This document shows, piece after piece, positions 50,495 through 63,971 of a DNA stretch of 64,000 nt (its first letter is position 1; every line of letters starts with the position of its first letter). Origin of the DNA: Ginglymostoma cirratum (taxonomy: Eukaryota); contig JAHRHZ010000166.1 of assembly GCA_024137785.1 (NCBI GenBank), positions 1,348,917 through 1,412,916 on the forward strand. Reading direction: 5' to 3'. A model generated the notes under the pieces. That model had not been told where the DNA came from and searched no databases. It saw only the letters and a list, made by a program, of their open reading frames with translations. Made by a program: the position numbers and the translations under genes.

Positions 50495-50760
50495 GAATCC
50501 TTACAGTGTGGAAGTAGGCCATTTGGTCCATCAAGCCCACACTGACACACCGAAGGGCATCCCATCTAGACCCAGCCCACTACCCTATAACCATGCATTT
50601 CCCATGCCTAATCCACCTAGGCTGCATATATCTGGACTGTAAAAAGAAACTGCAGTGTCTGGAGGAAACCAATGCAGATATGGGGAGAATGTGCAAACTC
50701 CACACAGACAGTTGCTCGAGGCTAGAATTGAACGCTCAATGCTAACTACTTAGCCACCAT
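50495..50760 (-). mobile_element. HE1-type SINE (older copy)
   Basis: Family match. Confidence 0.8.
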
Positions 50761-50839
50761 GTCACAATGTTAAAGGATACCTATTGTTGCCCTTCAAAAA
50801 TATATTTGTGTCTTCTTGCAACTATATGGTACTTTGGTT

Positions 50840-52055
50840 GAAGGGTGTCCTGGATGTTGTCTATGTGGACTTTACTACAGCATTTGGCAACGTTCCTCAT
50901 GGTATGCTGGTCCAGAAGATCAAAGCACATTGAATACGGTTTGAGTTGGCAATTTTAATACAAAATTGACTTGATCATAGAGCACAGAGGGTAGCTATTG
51001 AGGTCTATGTGTTTTTATTTTCTGATTGGAGTTCTGTGATAAGCAGTGTTCCACAAAGATCAGTCCTGGGACCCCTTTTGTTTGTTATATATATATATAT
51101 ATATATATGATCTGGATAAAAATGTCAGTGATCTGATCAGTAAGTTTGAAGATGATACGAAAATTGGTGGAATTGTAGATAGCGAGGAAAGATATGAAAA
51201 GTTGGATATAGATCAGTTAGATAGTTGGGCAGAGTAATGACAGATAGACTTTAATCTAGACAAGTGTGGGGTGATAATTTCTGGGAAGTCAAATGCAAGA
51301 AGAAAGTATATGGTAAATTGCTGGACCATCAGGAGCATTGATATACACCGGAATCTTGGGGCCTAAATCCATAGCTTCCTGAAAGTAGCAAACCAAGTGG
51401 ATAAGGTGGTAAAGAAGGCATATGGCATGCTTGTTTTTATCAACTAGGCCATTGAGTAGAAAAGTTGGCAAGTTGTACTGCAACAATATAAGATCTTGGT
51501 AATGCCAAATTTGAGGTACTGTTCACAGTGCTTGTCGCTTCACTACAGGAAGGATGTAAAGGCTTTGGAGAGGGTGAAAGTGGTTTAATAGGATGTTGCC
51601 AAGATTGGAATACAGGAGAAGTTGGCTAATCTTGGCATGTTTTGACTAGAGCTTCGGAGGCTGAGGGGCTACCTGATAGAAGTATATAAAGTTATCAAGG
51701 GCATAGACAGCTGGATAGTTGTCTCTTTCCCAGGGTGGAAATGTCAAATACTAGAGGGTACAGACTTACGGTGAAAGGGGGTAAGTTTAAAGGAGATGCG
51801 TAAGTTTTCACACAGACTGCATTGAGTGCTTGGAATGCAATGCCAAGGGAGGTGGTAGAAGAAGAGAGGCCAAGGGAGGTGGTAGAGGTAGTAGAAGCAT
51901 GGTTTAAGTGGCATTTAGACAGATGCACTAACAAGCAGAGAATACAGGGATATGGCCATGTTCAGGTAAATGGGATTAATTTATATTAGCATCATGGGCA
52001 GCGCATCGCGATTTGAAGGGTGGTCCCAGCACTGTGCTGTATTGTTTTATATTCT
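50840..52055 (+). mobile_element. Decayed CR1 LINE RT/3' part with (TA)n expansion
   Basis: ISKFEDDTKIGG motif; CR1 tail. Confidence 0.85.
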
Positions 52056-52330
52056 AAGAAGAGATTCAAAAATCAGCATTAGGATGATAAAATACCAGAC
52101 ATTGTTGAACAAAATGGTTCAATGGAGAGTACATGGCAGCATGCCAGGAGCAGTTCCATACATATGTATATAAATGACATCTCAAACGAGGAAGCAACCA
52201 AACAGCACAACTTGCATGCCAAACAACATAAGCAGCGAGCAATACACAATTCCACAACAAACAGACTACAACTAAGCTCTGCAGTTCTGTCACATCCAGT
52301 CATGCAAGGTAGTGACCAGTGTTTTTTTTA

Positions 52331-52653
52331 ATAGAATCCTTACGGTGCAGAAGTGGGCCATTCGGCCCATTGAGGCCACACCAACAGCCCAAAGAGAAGT
52401 ATCCCACTCAGAACCACTCCTGTACCCTATAGCCCTGCATTTCCCATGGCTAATCCATCTAGTTTGCACATCCTGGGTTACTATGGCAATTTAGCACGGC
52501 CAAAACACTTAATCTGTGCATCTTTGGACTGTGGGAGGAAACTAACACAGACATAGGGAGAATGCGCAAATTCCCCACAGACAGTCACCTAAGGTTGGAA
52601 TCAAACCCAGGTCCCGAGCACTGTGATGTAGCAGTGCTAATCACTAAGCCACC
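52331..52653 (-). mobile_element. HE1-type SINE
   Basis: Family match. Confidence 0.8.
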
Positions 52654-54946
52654 CTGAAAGCCAGACTTGTGTGGAGTGCTATGCACATGTAAATAAAGGG
52701 TAACTTGGTGACAGGATACCGGCCTCCGTGGAGTAATTTCAACAAGCATATCGCACTCTCTACTCTGTCTCAGGCCATCTATTTTGTTACTTCACCACTC
52801 AACTGTACAAAGGGTGTCATCCATGGCATTTCTTCCCTCCATAAGTTCTTATGAAGAGTCATCTTGGATTTGAAACATTAACTGTTTCCTGACTCCATAA
52901 TATTTCCAGACCAGTTAATATTTCTCAAGTTTTCTGAAACTGATGGCTATGGCACACCATGTTCCTTCGACATCGAGAGGAGGGTTCTCCACCTTCTCTC
53001 ATTTGTTTTTTCTTCTCTCATTCCTCACTGTGTTTTGTCTGTTGGTTTCAGCATCACACTCTCTATCATCTTTATCCCTTTATTTTGTGTGCATTATGTA
53101 CTAAAATTTAACCATTTCTAGATTACTGCTTTCACCAATAATAATTGTGCACAGATACAAATCCTTGTATGCATAGAGGACAGAGATGGGAAATTGTGGA
53201 AATATGATGTTGTTTCTTATAATTACATTGATCCCTCTTCATTTTCCCTAACTTATTTGTTTGGTACTCTGCCACCCTTGCCCTTTCTGTATTTTTTATT
53301 TATCCACCTAATTGACAACATCATTGCCCCATCACCATGCTTACTAATCCTTGCTTCCTGTCGTCTTCAGTGCTCATGTTTTTCCCTATCTTTTTCCACT
53401 CTTCACTCACATCTGTGTTCTGCTTCTCAGGTCATCGCTTATGAACTTTTTTTTTCAATTTTCAATATTTGTAGGACATTGTCTTGCATCTTTTCCCTTC
53501 ACATCTTAACACAACAGTAATTGTAATGCTCTGAATCATTTTGTCCCTTCCTGTCCTTGGTGTTATTTTTCTCCCACATATATATTCTCATTTTCAATCT
53601 AACAGCAATTGTCTTGACATCTTTAACATTTGCATAATAAAAATTGTGAGATCGCAACTGGAGGTTATTGACAGTTATTGGTATCACAAATTGGGACATA
53701 AACAAATAACTTAGAATGAGTGCATTCTCCAAAGATTAGTTCAGACAAATATAGATCCATTATATCAAGAAATGGGGGAGGTTACAATGGGGAACAAAGA
53801 GCTATAGAACCAATTAAATACATATTGGTCTGTCTTCATAAAGGCGGACACAAATAACATCCAAAAAATGTGGGAAATGCAGGGTCAAGTGAGAGAGAGA
53901 AAACTAAGGCAATTGTTACTGGTAGGGAAAATAGTGTTAGGGAAATTGATGGGATTAAAGACCAACAAATCACCAGGAGCAAATCACTTACATTCCAGAG
54001 AAGCTAAGGAAATGGCCCTAGAAATAGTCAAAGTACTGGTGGTTATGTCTGAAAATTCTATTGAGAAAATTCCTCAGAGGTTGGTATCCCATCACCAAGC
54101 AACCCTTCATTTACATGTGGAACGTCCTTGACACTGATCCAGCTTCCTTAGCACCAGCTCTCAGAATGTCAGTATGTCTGACACTCCTTTTTTTAAATAT
54201 CTGTTAGCCAGGGCTCTTTGATTGGACAAGATTAACTGCCCCATTCGGGGAACTCATGTTCTGTGAACTCCACCTGGCTGACCTTATTGCAATTGCTACT
54301 GTATAGACTCTGGAAGACTTCCTATGGATTTAAGAGTAGAAAATGTAACTCCATTGTTTGAAAAGGAGGTAGGAAGAATACAGGAGACTCTTAGCCAGTT
54401 AGCCTGATATCAATAGTGGGGAAAGTTATAAAAGATGTAATAGCAGAGCTCGTGGAAAGTAGTGACAGGATCAAACAAAGTCAGATTAAATTGAAATCAT
54501 GCTTCACAAATCTATTGGAATTATCCTAGGATGTAAGTAGTAGAGTTAATAAGGGAGAGCTCATGGCTATGGTTTAGTGGAACTTTCAAATGTTTTTTGA
54601 TAAGTTCCAACATAAGAGATTAGTAGGCAAAATTAAAGCACATGGAATTGGGGTTGTATATGGACTTATGTAAAGAACTAGTTGGCAGATAGAAAACAAA
54701 GAGTAGCAATAAATAAGCTTTTTTTCAAGTGGCAGCCAGTGATTAGTGGGACACAGGAAGGTTCAGACGCCAGCTACGCACAATATATGTTACCAATTTA
54801 TTTGAGAAACTATATGTAATAGATACAAGTTTGCAAATGATACAAAGTTAGGTGTGAGGTTAAACTGTGAGGAGGATGAATATATGCCTCAGTGTGATTT
54901 ATACAAGTTCAGTGAGTGGGAAAATGCATGATGGATGAAATAAAAG

Positions 54947-55155
54947 AAAGTCACCATGGCCCGGCCAGACCAGAGGGCTGCTTTGTCATTGGTGAAGGAC
55001 AACCAATGGTGGCTTAACTTGAGGGTCACCACATCTCAAGCACGGGAAGAGTTTGAGAATGAGAATCCACATGGTAATCTCAGCCAGTGTGTGAAGTGAA
55101 CCCATGCTGTTGGTATCACGTTGCATCACAAACCAGCTAACTGAGCTAACTGACC
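54947..55155 (-). mobile_element. tRNA-derived SINE (third family; another copy at about 49120-49325)
   Basis: Minus-strand head GGTCAGTTAGCTCAGTT..GGGTTCA; repeated within the window. Confidence 0.6.
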
Positions 55156-55300
55156 ATTGCAGATGAAGTATAACATGGATGAATGTGAGATTATCCATTT
55201 TGCAAGCAAATGTGGAAGATGGTTTATTTGAATGACAATAGGTTGAGAAATAAAGGGGTGCAACGAGAACTGAGTGTCCTTGTACACAAGTCACTCAAAG

Positions 55301-55894
55301 AACAAAGAACAAAGAAAACTTACAGCCCAGGAACAGGCCCTTTGGCCCTCCAAGCCTGTGCCGATCCAAATCCACTGTCTAAACCTATCGCCCAATTCCT
55401 AAGGATCTGTATCCCTCTGCTCCCCACCTACTCATGCATCTGTCCAGACGCACCTTAAATGAATCTACCGTGCCTGCCTCTACTACCTCTGCTGGCAACG
55501 CGTTCCAGGCACCTACCACCCTCTGTGTAAAGTACTTTCCGCGTGTATCCCCCTTAAACTTTTCTCCTCTCACCTTGAACGCGTGACTCCTCGTTATTGA
55601 ATCCCTCACCCTGGGAAAAAGCTTATCTTTATCAACCCTGTCTATACCCTTCATGATTTTGAAGACCTCAATCAGGTCCCCCCTCAATCTCCTTTTTTCT
55701 AATGAAAACAATCCTAACCTACTCAACCTCTCTTCATAGCTAGCACCTTCCATACCAGGCAATATCCTCGTAAACCTTCTCTGTACCCTCTCCAAGGCTT
55801 CCACATCCTTTTGGTAATATGACGACCAGAAATGTACACAGTATTCTAAATGCGGCTGAACCAAAGTCTTGTACAATTAAGTAATTGTACAATT
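55301..55894 (-). mobile_element. Young 5'-truncated CR1 with intact ORF2 C-terminus
   Basis: 163-aa uninterrupted ORF 55385-55876; TSD ACTCAAAG at 55293-55300 and 55895-55902. Confidence 0.9.
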
Positions 55895-57189
55895 ACTCAA
55901 AGTAAGCATTCAGGTGCAGCAAGTGGTGAAGAAGGTAGTTGGTATTTTGCCCTTCATAGTGAAGGGAGTTGAACATGGGAGCAGGGATGCCTCACTACAG
56001 TGGGTGAGATCACACCTGGAGTATTGTGTACATGTTTGGCCTCCTTATCTGATAATGATGCTCTGGCTGTGGAGGGAATGCAACGAAGGTATACCAGCCA
56101 GATTCCTGTATGGCAAGACTAATGTATAAAGAGATTGGATCAGTTAGGACTAGTTAGGACTGGACTGAGGAGGCATCTAATAGAAACCTAAGAAATTCAA
56201 GCAGGACTAGGCAGGTAAACATAGAAAGGATGTGTCCAATGATCAGGGAATCAATAACCAGTAGTCACAATCTATGGATGCTGGAAGGCCATTTTTAACA
56301 GAGATGTGGAGAAATTTATTCATCCAAGAGTAGTGACCCTGTGGAATTCTTTGCCACAAAATATAGTTGATGCCAAAACATAGAATGTTTTCAATAAAAA
56401 GATAGATATATTTCTTAAGGATACAGGAATTAAAATGTCTTTGGTGAATTGGGAACAGTGTACAGAGTTGGATGATCTATTACAATCATATTGAACGGTG
56501 TATCAGGTTTGAATGTCTCAAGGGCTTACTCCTGCTCTTATGTTTCTATGTTTCAATCATTCCACCTTCTGCAGTTTTCCAGAGCAGATGGTACTTGGCG
56601 AATGGCAGAGTGTCCAGATCTATCTGGATGTCTGACTAATGTATTTAGAAACCACGCCTGATTCTCGGAGAGGAAATGTAATTGTATTTTTTTTCCAGTG
56701 GGTTCTCAGGCAATCTTTCAGCAGCTGACAATAATGAAGTTGCAATGGCCTTTCAGAGCTGCACTCCAGACATAACGTTAATTTCGACATGCATATGTTA
56801 AAAAGAGACCTGGTGATATGGAATGTAATTGAAATCAAGCCGAACATAGTGAGTCTGTTCTATCTACAACTGGAAAATGAAACAATACCAATTTTATTCT
56901 GTGTCAAGGAAGTGCCTTGGAAATACTCTAAAACCACCCGTTATGTCTGAACACTGGCCACTGGGAAAACAGGCAGTGTCTATCAGGCTTTATCATTGAC
57001 ATCAGTTATCACAGGTCAAAACAATGTCTATATTGCAAACCTTATGGAAAATGGACAAACCCCACTCAATGTAACTAAAGCAAGACCAGGCCAATCTCAT
57101 GATATTAGTATCATGAGCCTCAGGGAGTGCAAACAGTGGGCATTGTGCTGATATTAATTCATTTGGTGATCACTGACTGACCACATCAT

Positions 57190-58745
57190 GTCTGCATCAC
57201 TATAACCCAGAAGGTGCAGGCCAACACCAAAGAGGGATTAGGTTTGGGAACTAAATATCCAAAGATATGTATCCTATCAAAAGGAGATTTATATAAATGA
57301 TTTGAATGTGGAATGGTCAGGAATTTTGCAGATGACACCAAAATTGGTGGTGTAGTGGACAATGAAGATGGTTATCTCAGAGTAGAACAGGACCTTGACC
57401 AGATTGGCTGATGGGCTGAGCTGTAGCAGATGGAGTTTAGTTTAGATAAATGTAAGATGCAGTATTTTGGTAAGGCAAGTCATAACAGGACTTATACACT
57501 TAATCATAATGTCCTGGGGAGCGTTACCAAACAAAGGGACCTTGGAGTGAAGGTTCATAGACCTTGAAACTGGAGCCAAAGTTAGACACGGTAGTGAAGA
57601 AGGCATTTGGTACGCTTACCTTTATTGGTTAGTGCATTGAGTATAGAGTTGGGAGTTCTGTACAGGACACTAGTTCGGCCACATTTGGAATATTGAGTTT
57701 AGTTCTAGCCTCCCTCTTATAGGAAATATGTTATTAAACTTGAAAGGGTCCACAAAAGATTTACAAAGATGTTGCCTGGGTTGGAAGTTTTGAGCTGTAG
57801 AGAGAGGTTTGAATAGGCTGGGGCTATTTTCTGTGAATCGTCAGAGTCCGAAGAGTGACCTACTAGGTCATTATAAAATCATGAGGTAATGGATAGGGCG
57901 AATATTCAAGCTATTTTCAAGGTAGGGAAGTCTAAAACCAAAGGTCATAGGTTTAAGGTGAGAGGAGAAAGATTCAAAAGGAACCTAAGGGGCAACTTTT
58001 TCACACAGAGTGTGGTGTGTGTATCGAATGAGCTGCCAGAGGAAGTGGTAGATGCTGGTACAACATTTAAAAGGCAACATTTAGAAGATTGATACACAAA
58101 GGGATATTGAGGTTCCAATCCACAGCTCCCTGAAGTGGCAACACAAGTGGATAAGGTGATAAAGAAACCAGATAACATGCTTGCCTTCATAGATCGAGGC
58201 ATTGAGCATAAAAGTTGGCAATTCATACTAATATGATTTTAGTGAGGTCACATTTTAGACTATTATGTGCAGCTGTGGTCACCATACTATAGGAAACATG
58301 TGGAAGCTTCACATGCATAAGCAATTTACTAGGGAGTTGCCTGGATTGGAGCCTATTAGCTGCAAGGACAGGTTGGACAAGACTGATTGTTTCACAGGAG
58401 TGTTGGAGAGTGATGGGTGACATAATAGAAGTATATAAAATTATGAGGAGCATGGATTGGATGGATAGTAAGTGTCTCTTTTCCAGTGTGGAAAAGTTTA
58501 AAGGAGATGGGTAAGGAAAGTCTTTTTTTCATACAGAGGGAAGTAGATGCCTGGAATGCACTGCAGGGGAGATTGCAGAAGTAGATACAGCTAGAAAGTT
58601 TAAGAGGCATTTTGACAGACACATGAACAAGTGGGGAATAAAGGAATATGAGCCCTGTGCTACAGATTGGATTTGTTTAGAATAGCATCATGGTCAGCAG
58701 GGACATAGTGGGCCAAAGGACCTGTTCCTGTGCTGTACTGTCTAT
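57190..58745 (+). mobile_element. Tandem decayed CR1 3' fragments
   Basis: FADDTKIGG and FKVRGERFKRNLRGNFFTQ motifs. Confidence 0.85.
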
Positions 58746-58754
58746 GTCCCATAT

Positions 58755-58940
58755 GATAGTCCAACAGGTTTATTTGAAACCAGAAGCTTTTGGAGTGCTG
58801 CTCCTTCATCAGGCGAAGTCTTCACTTGATGAAGGAGCAACACTCCGAAAGCTTGTGATTTCAAGTAAACCTTCTAGACTATAAGATGGTGTTGTGCGAC
58901 TTCTGACATTGTCCACCCCAGTCCAACATCGTCATTTCCA
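58755..58940. mobile_element. Palindromic short element with two degenerate hammerhead cores
   Basis: TTGATGA-AGGAGCAACACTCC-GAAAGCTT (+) and its inverted copy at about 58783-58812. Confidence 0.6.
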
Positions 58941-59515
58941 TATTATGTTCTATGTACTGTGTTCATATTTTTGCTGACAGATCTTCCAGTTTTTGAATCA
59001 CGAGAGTGGCCTGTGTCGCTGGTGGTTCAGTGATACAAACATTGTGCTGTCAGTCTGTGATCCTGAAGGAATTAATAACAGGCTAAGTGAATTATGTTTG
59101 CAAGCCTTTATACATATGATACTGACATAAAGGTGGTAGCCTTTTTCATATTCAGTCTTTGACACAGTTGTAGTGAGTGTATTTTACTCACTCTCAAGAG
59201 AGTTTGTGATATAGACGCGTTTTGATCTGTGGTCCCCAAGTCAATGATAATGAAACAGTGAAGGCTGTCTCTGTTCAGCATACTCAGTGTCCAGACATAT
59301 AGGGTAAGGGATGGAAAACTCTTTTAAGACATTCCCATGACATCAGTGGCTCAGCCACAATGGTGTGAATTGCTCTCCTCAGGATGAAAGAGCTACAAAA
59401 GATGGCACTTTGTTTCTTTTGCTATGCCTTTGACACTGAGATGGTGAAGTTGGCTTTCAGTTGATCAATGCTCTTTGCAACAGGAATAAAAATGGTTTTT
59501 TTTCTGAATTTCCGG

Positions 59516-60232
59516 TGTTATGGACCAGACCAAACCCCCTCACAAAATGTTCAAAAAGATTGGTGTGGACTTGATGGGCCGAATGGCCTACTTCCACACC
59601 GTAGGGATTCCATTCTCTTCTATTCTATAACCTAGATCCTAACATTTTCTTATTTTAAAAATAAGTGCCAGGCATTGCGTTTCGGATGCAATTCGATTGG
59701 TCAAACTACTTTTCTTGAAGTAAAACACACTTTACTCACACACTATAGTAAAAATACAACCAAAGAAAGAAGAAGTTGGAATAACAACTTTGTTTGAAAA
59801 ATTGACATATAATACATTATTTAACTACTAAACAGAGAGGGTTCCAATATAGCAACATCCCATATACACACTCATGTCAAATGAAAATTCAGTAAAAAAA
59901 TTGTCTCACATCCAATTCTAGCAGCACAGGAGGAAAAACATTAAGAGAAAACTCTAAGAGAGAGAGTAGCAGGAAGAGGTGTACTGCAGCTTCCAAACCC
60001 AGCTTCAAGATTCCAGCAAAAACTGCTACTGAAAACAAAACAAAAACCCCTGCTTCTATTGGAGGTTCACCTCATCCATTCAGGCTGCATCTGCTGTTCC
60101 AAAAAAAAAACCAAGGCCCCCCAAAGCTGTTTACTTTATTGGGATCAAATGGAAAGCTTTCCCTTCTTCAAAACTTCTCTTGAAAAGAATGCCCCAGGAC
60201 CCAATATGCCTCAGAAAGCCATAGTATCATCA
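59516..60232. mobile_element. Solo LTR of the same gypsy LTR family with a short HE1 tail insertion
   Basis: TGTTATGGACCAGACC start; end matches 30130-30150. Confidence 0.75.
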
Positions 60233-60318
60233 ACCCCATTGTCAGTGGAAGGAACCCAATGCGTTCTCCCTGGGATTTTTTACATTCAAGTCATAGGGTA
60301 TGTATTCCATTCAATCAC

Positions 60319-60321
<3 letters not shown>

Positions 60322-60355
<34 letters not shown>
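60322..60355. repeat. (GT)n microsatellite
   Basis: Directly visible. Confidence 0.95.
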
Positions 60356-60358
<3 letters not shown>

Positions 60359-60815
60359 TATAATAACACCTCCTCGCAACTGTGGCAACCAACATAAAAA
60401 CTATTGCAACTTTAGCATTGTTTGCAGGTGAAGATTGTCCGAGAAGCCATGAGAAAAATGAATCGAATAGAATGTCCTTTATTGTCACATGTACTCAAGT
60501 ACAGAAGTGAGAAGTATGGCAACGTTATCTCTTCTGGCACCATTTTAGGTACAAGTACCCAGGTACAAATCTTAGACATAAAAGAGGAATAAAAAGAAAA
60601 GTAGTTACATTACTTCTACACTACAGTGTTTAAAGAAGAAGTTAAAAATAAGATGCAGGGGCTACCCGAAGTGGTCTGACCATCCAGTGCAACAACTAAC
60701 CCCGCTCCAAGCCTCCAGTACATGCCACACTGGCTCCAAGCTGCTCCAAAGGTAAGTTCCAGTACTGCATCTCCCGTGCTAACCTCCACCCAGGATTCGC
60801 TCCATATGACTGCTC

Positions 60816-60934
60816 CAGACTGCTTCCCCCAAGTCAGCCACTACCCAAGACTGCTTCCCCTGCATTGACCACTGCCCTGGGCTGCTTCTGCAGCTTCAGC
60901 CACTGCCCAGGACTGCTTCCCCAAAGTTGGCTGC
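60816..60934. repeat. Degenerate minisatellite, about 31-bp unit x 4
   Basis: Recurrent CCACT.CCC..GACTGCTTCCCC. Confidence 0.6.
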
Positions 60935-62194
60935 TAGGTTAAATGAATTAACATTTTCTGTCTCAGCAGCAGGCACTGTCCCTAAATGTATAGTCCAGAC
61001 ATTCAAATATCCAGATCCTCTGTCTTTCCCCAAGAACCATGTCCTCCGGAACACCTCAGAAGGAAAAATGGTTCAATATAAGTGGAAACTATCTCAATTA
61101 AAAATTCAAAGTAACTGCAGATGCTGGAATTCAAAAACAAAATAGAAATTGCTGGAAAATCTCAGCAGGTCTGGCAGCATTAATAGAGAAAATGTAGAGT
61201 TAATGTTTAGGATCCAGTGACCTTTCTTCAGAACTGATGGTAGCTAAGAAAAAGTTATGCAGAAGATAAGGTGGGGGAGGGCTTAAGAAGTAAATGATGG
61301 GTAGAAATAGAACTCAAAGAGAAAGAAGAACATTTGGGCAGAGAAAGGAGTGGAGAACAGTCAACCTAGGAGAATGAAAGGCCATATGGGGTCTATTAAT
61401 TGCTAATAATGGGTGGAAACTGTCTCACTTCGCAGGAATTCTTCAGGGTATTACAAACAGCAGAGGTCCAAACAGTGATCCCTGCAGAATGCCACTAGTC
61501 ACAGTTCTCCAGTCAGAAAATGAGATATATAAGGCAAGCTTTTTTTTTCACACAGAAGGGGACGGGGCGTGGAACATGCTGCCATGTAAAGTGATAGTAG
61601 TAGATTCAATACAAGATTTAAGAGGCATTTAGACAGACTGAGGCATTAACAGGCTGGGAATAGAGAGATTGGATCATTTGCAGGCAGATGGGATTAGCTG
61701 AGAATGGCATCACGCTCAGCATAGAAATGGTGGGCTGCAGGGCGTGTTCCTGTGCTTCCTGTGTGACAGTAGTATGCCTTTAAGAGAGATATGTTCTGTG
61801 CTGTTTCTTTTTCAGAGAGGTGTTCCCACAGGGGTGCCGGAATGTCTCCCTCAGTCAGGTAATTGGTAAATAGCTTTTGAATTCTTCATGGGTGTCTTTC
61901 TTCAAATGAGACAAAAGTATGCAATGTCAGAGATCACACAGATCCAGGAAGCTTTGCCTTTAGTTAGTGAGAAGGTCAGCTGGCTGCTTAGCGAAAAGCT
62001 TAGGTTCCCTCCTGCTAGAGTTTTAGACAGTGAGGCTTCCTCTTAAAAATCAAAATCAGCAGATTGTTTCTTTCATCCAGACTGGATACTGACAGCATGT
62101 GAGTGCCAGAATGGTTTTGTTGAATTGCATTTTTGCTGAATGGAGTGTTTCTGGGATATTGGTTAAATAATACATTGTTTAACATTATTTGCAA

Positions 62195-63890
62195 TTCTTA
62201 ATGAGTACTTTGCATTGGTATTCACCAAGGAGAGGGACATGAGGGATGTTGATGTTAGGGATAGATGTTTGATTACTTTAGGTCAAGTTGGCATAAGGAG
62301 GGGGGAAGTGTTGGGTATTCTAAAAGGCATTAGGGTAGACAAGTCCCCAGGTCTGGATTGGATCTATCCCAGGTTAATAAGGGAAGCAAGAGAGGAAATA
62401 GCTGGGGCCTTAACAGACATGTTTGCAGCATCCTTGAGCACGGGTAAGTTCCGGAGGAACGGAGAATTGCTAATGTTGTCCCCTTATTTAAGAAGGGTAG
62501 CAAGGATAATCCAGGTAATTATAGACCGGTGAGCCTGACGTCAGTGGTGGAGAAACTGCTGGAGAAGATACTGGGGATCTATTTACATTTGGAAGAAAAT
62601 GGGTTATTCATGATAGGTAGCATGGTTTTGTGCAAGGAAGGTCACGTCTTACTAACTTGATAGAATTCTTTGAGGAAGTGACAAAGCTGATAGATGAGGG
62701 AAGGGCTGTGGATGTCATATACATGGGCTTCAGTATGGTGTTCGATAAAGTTCCCCATGGTAGGCTGATGGAGAAAGTGAAGTCACATGGGGTCCGGGGT
62801 GTACTAGCTAGATGGATAGAGAACTGGCTGGGCAACAGGAGACAGAGAGCTGTACTGGAAGGGAGTTTCACAAATTGGAGAACTGTGACCAGTGGTGTTC
62901 CAAAGGGATCTGGGTTGGGACCACTGTTGTTTGTGATATACATAAATGATCTGGAGGAAGGTATAGATAGTCTGATTAGAAAGTTTCAGATGACACTAAG
63001 ATTGGTGGAGTAGCAGATGGTGAAGGGGACTGTTGGAGAATGCAGCAGAATACAGATAGATTGGAGAGTTGGGCGGAGAAATGGCAGATGGAGTTCAATC
63101 CGGGCAAATGCAAGGTGATGCATTTAGTAAGATCCAATTCAAAAGCGAACTATACGGTAAATGGAAAAGCCCGGGGGAAAATTGATGCACAGAGAGATCT
63201 GGGTGTTCAAGTCCATTGTACCCTGAAGGTGGCAACACAGGTCGATAGAGTGGCCAAGAAGGCATATGTCGTGCTTTCATTCATTGGACAGGGTATTGAG
63301 TACAAGAGTTGGCAGGTCATGTGATAGTTGTATACGACTTTTGTTCAACCACATTTGGAATACTGCGTACAGTTCTGGTCGCCACATTACCAAAAGAATG
63401 GGGATGCTTTGGAGGGGGTGCAGAGGAGGTTCACCAGGATGTTGCCTGGTATGGAGGGTGCTAGCTATGAAGAGAGGTTGAGTAGATTAGGATTATTTAC
63501 ATTAGAAAGACAAAGGTTGAGGGGGTACCTGATTGAGGTCTACAAAATCATGAGAGGTATAGACAGGTGGATAGCAAGAAGCTTTTTCCCAGAGTGGGGG
63601 ATTCAATTACTAGGAGTCATGATTTCAAGGTGAGAGGGGAAAAGTTTAAGGGAGATATGCGTAGAAAGTTCTTTACACAGAGGGTGGTGGATGCCTGGAA
63701 CACGTTGCCAGCGGAGGTGGTAGAGGTGGGCATGATAGTGTCATTTAAGATGTATCTAGACAGATACATGAATGGGCAGGGAGCAGAGGGACACAGATCC
63801 TTGGAAAATAGGCAACAGGCGAGAGGATCTGGATCGGCGCAGGCATGGAAGGCCTATTCCTGTGCTGTAATTTTCTTTGTTCTTTGTACA
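62195..63890 (+). mobile_element. CR1 LINE ORF2 (RT to 3' end), lightly decayed
   Basis: DKSPG, LTNLIEFFEEV, FDKVPH, SGVP.GS.LGPLLF and LEYCVQFWSP in consecutive frameshifted ORFs; (TTCTTTG)n tail. Confidence 0.92.
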
Positions 63891-63971
63891 TTATCTTACT
63901 AAGTAATTTAATCAAATTAAGGCTATGCCAACTCTTTATATCATTTGTACTTTAACAATGGTGAAAGAAAG

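Larger units (their letters stand above)
53740..56555 (+). mobile_element. Old CR1 LINE with nested insertions
   Basis: KSPG and LEYCV..W.P motifs; nested short LTR-like piece at about 54060-54300, SINE at 54947-55155 and young CR1 at 55301-55894. Confidence 0.8.

Noticed and set aside
52066-52331. Hydrophobic minus ORF (YVVW) or plus-strand exon candidate
   Set aside because: Explained by TG-rich composition; no homology or convincing splice pair.
56737-57150. Long frame with one stop and an FN3-like PGQSHDISI motif
   Set aside because: Other FN3 residues are absent, and all frames after the nearby acceptor are closed.
60816-60934. CRISPR-like repeat-spacer array
   Set aside because: This is a eukaryotic degenerate tandem repeat without unique spacers.
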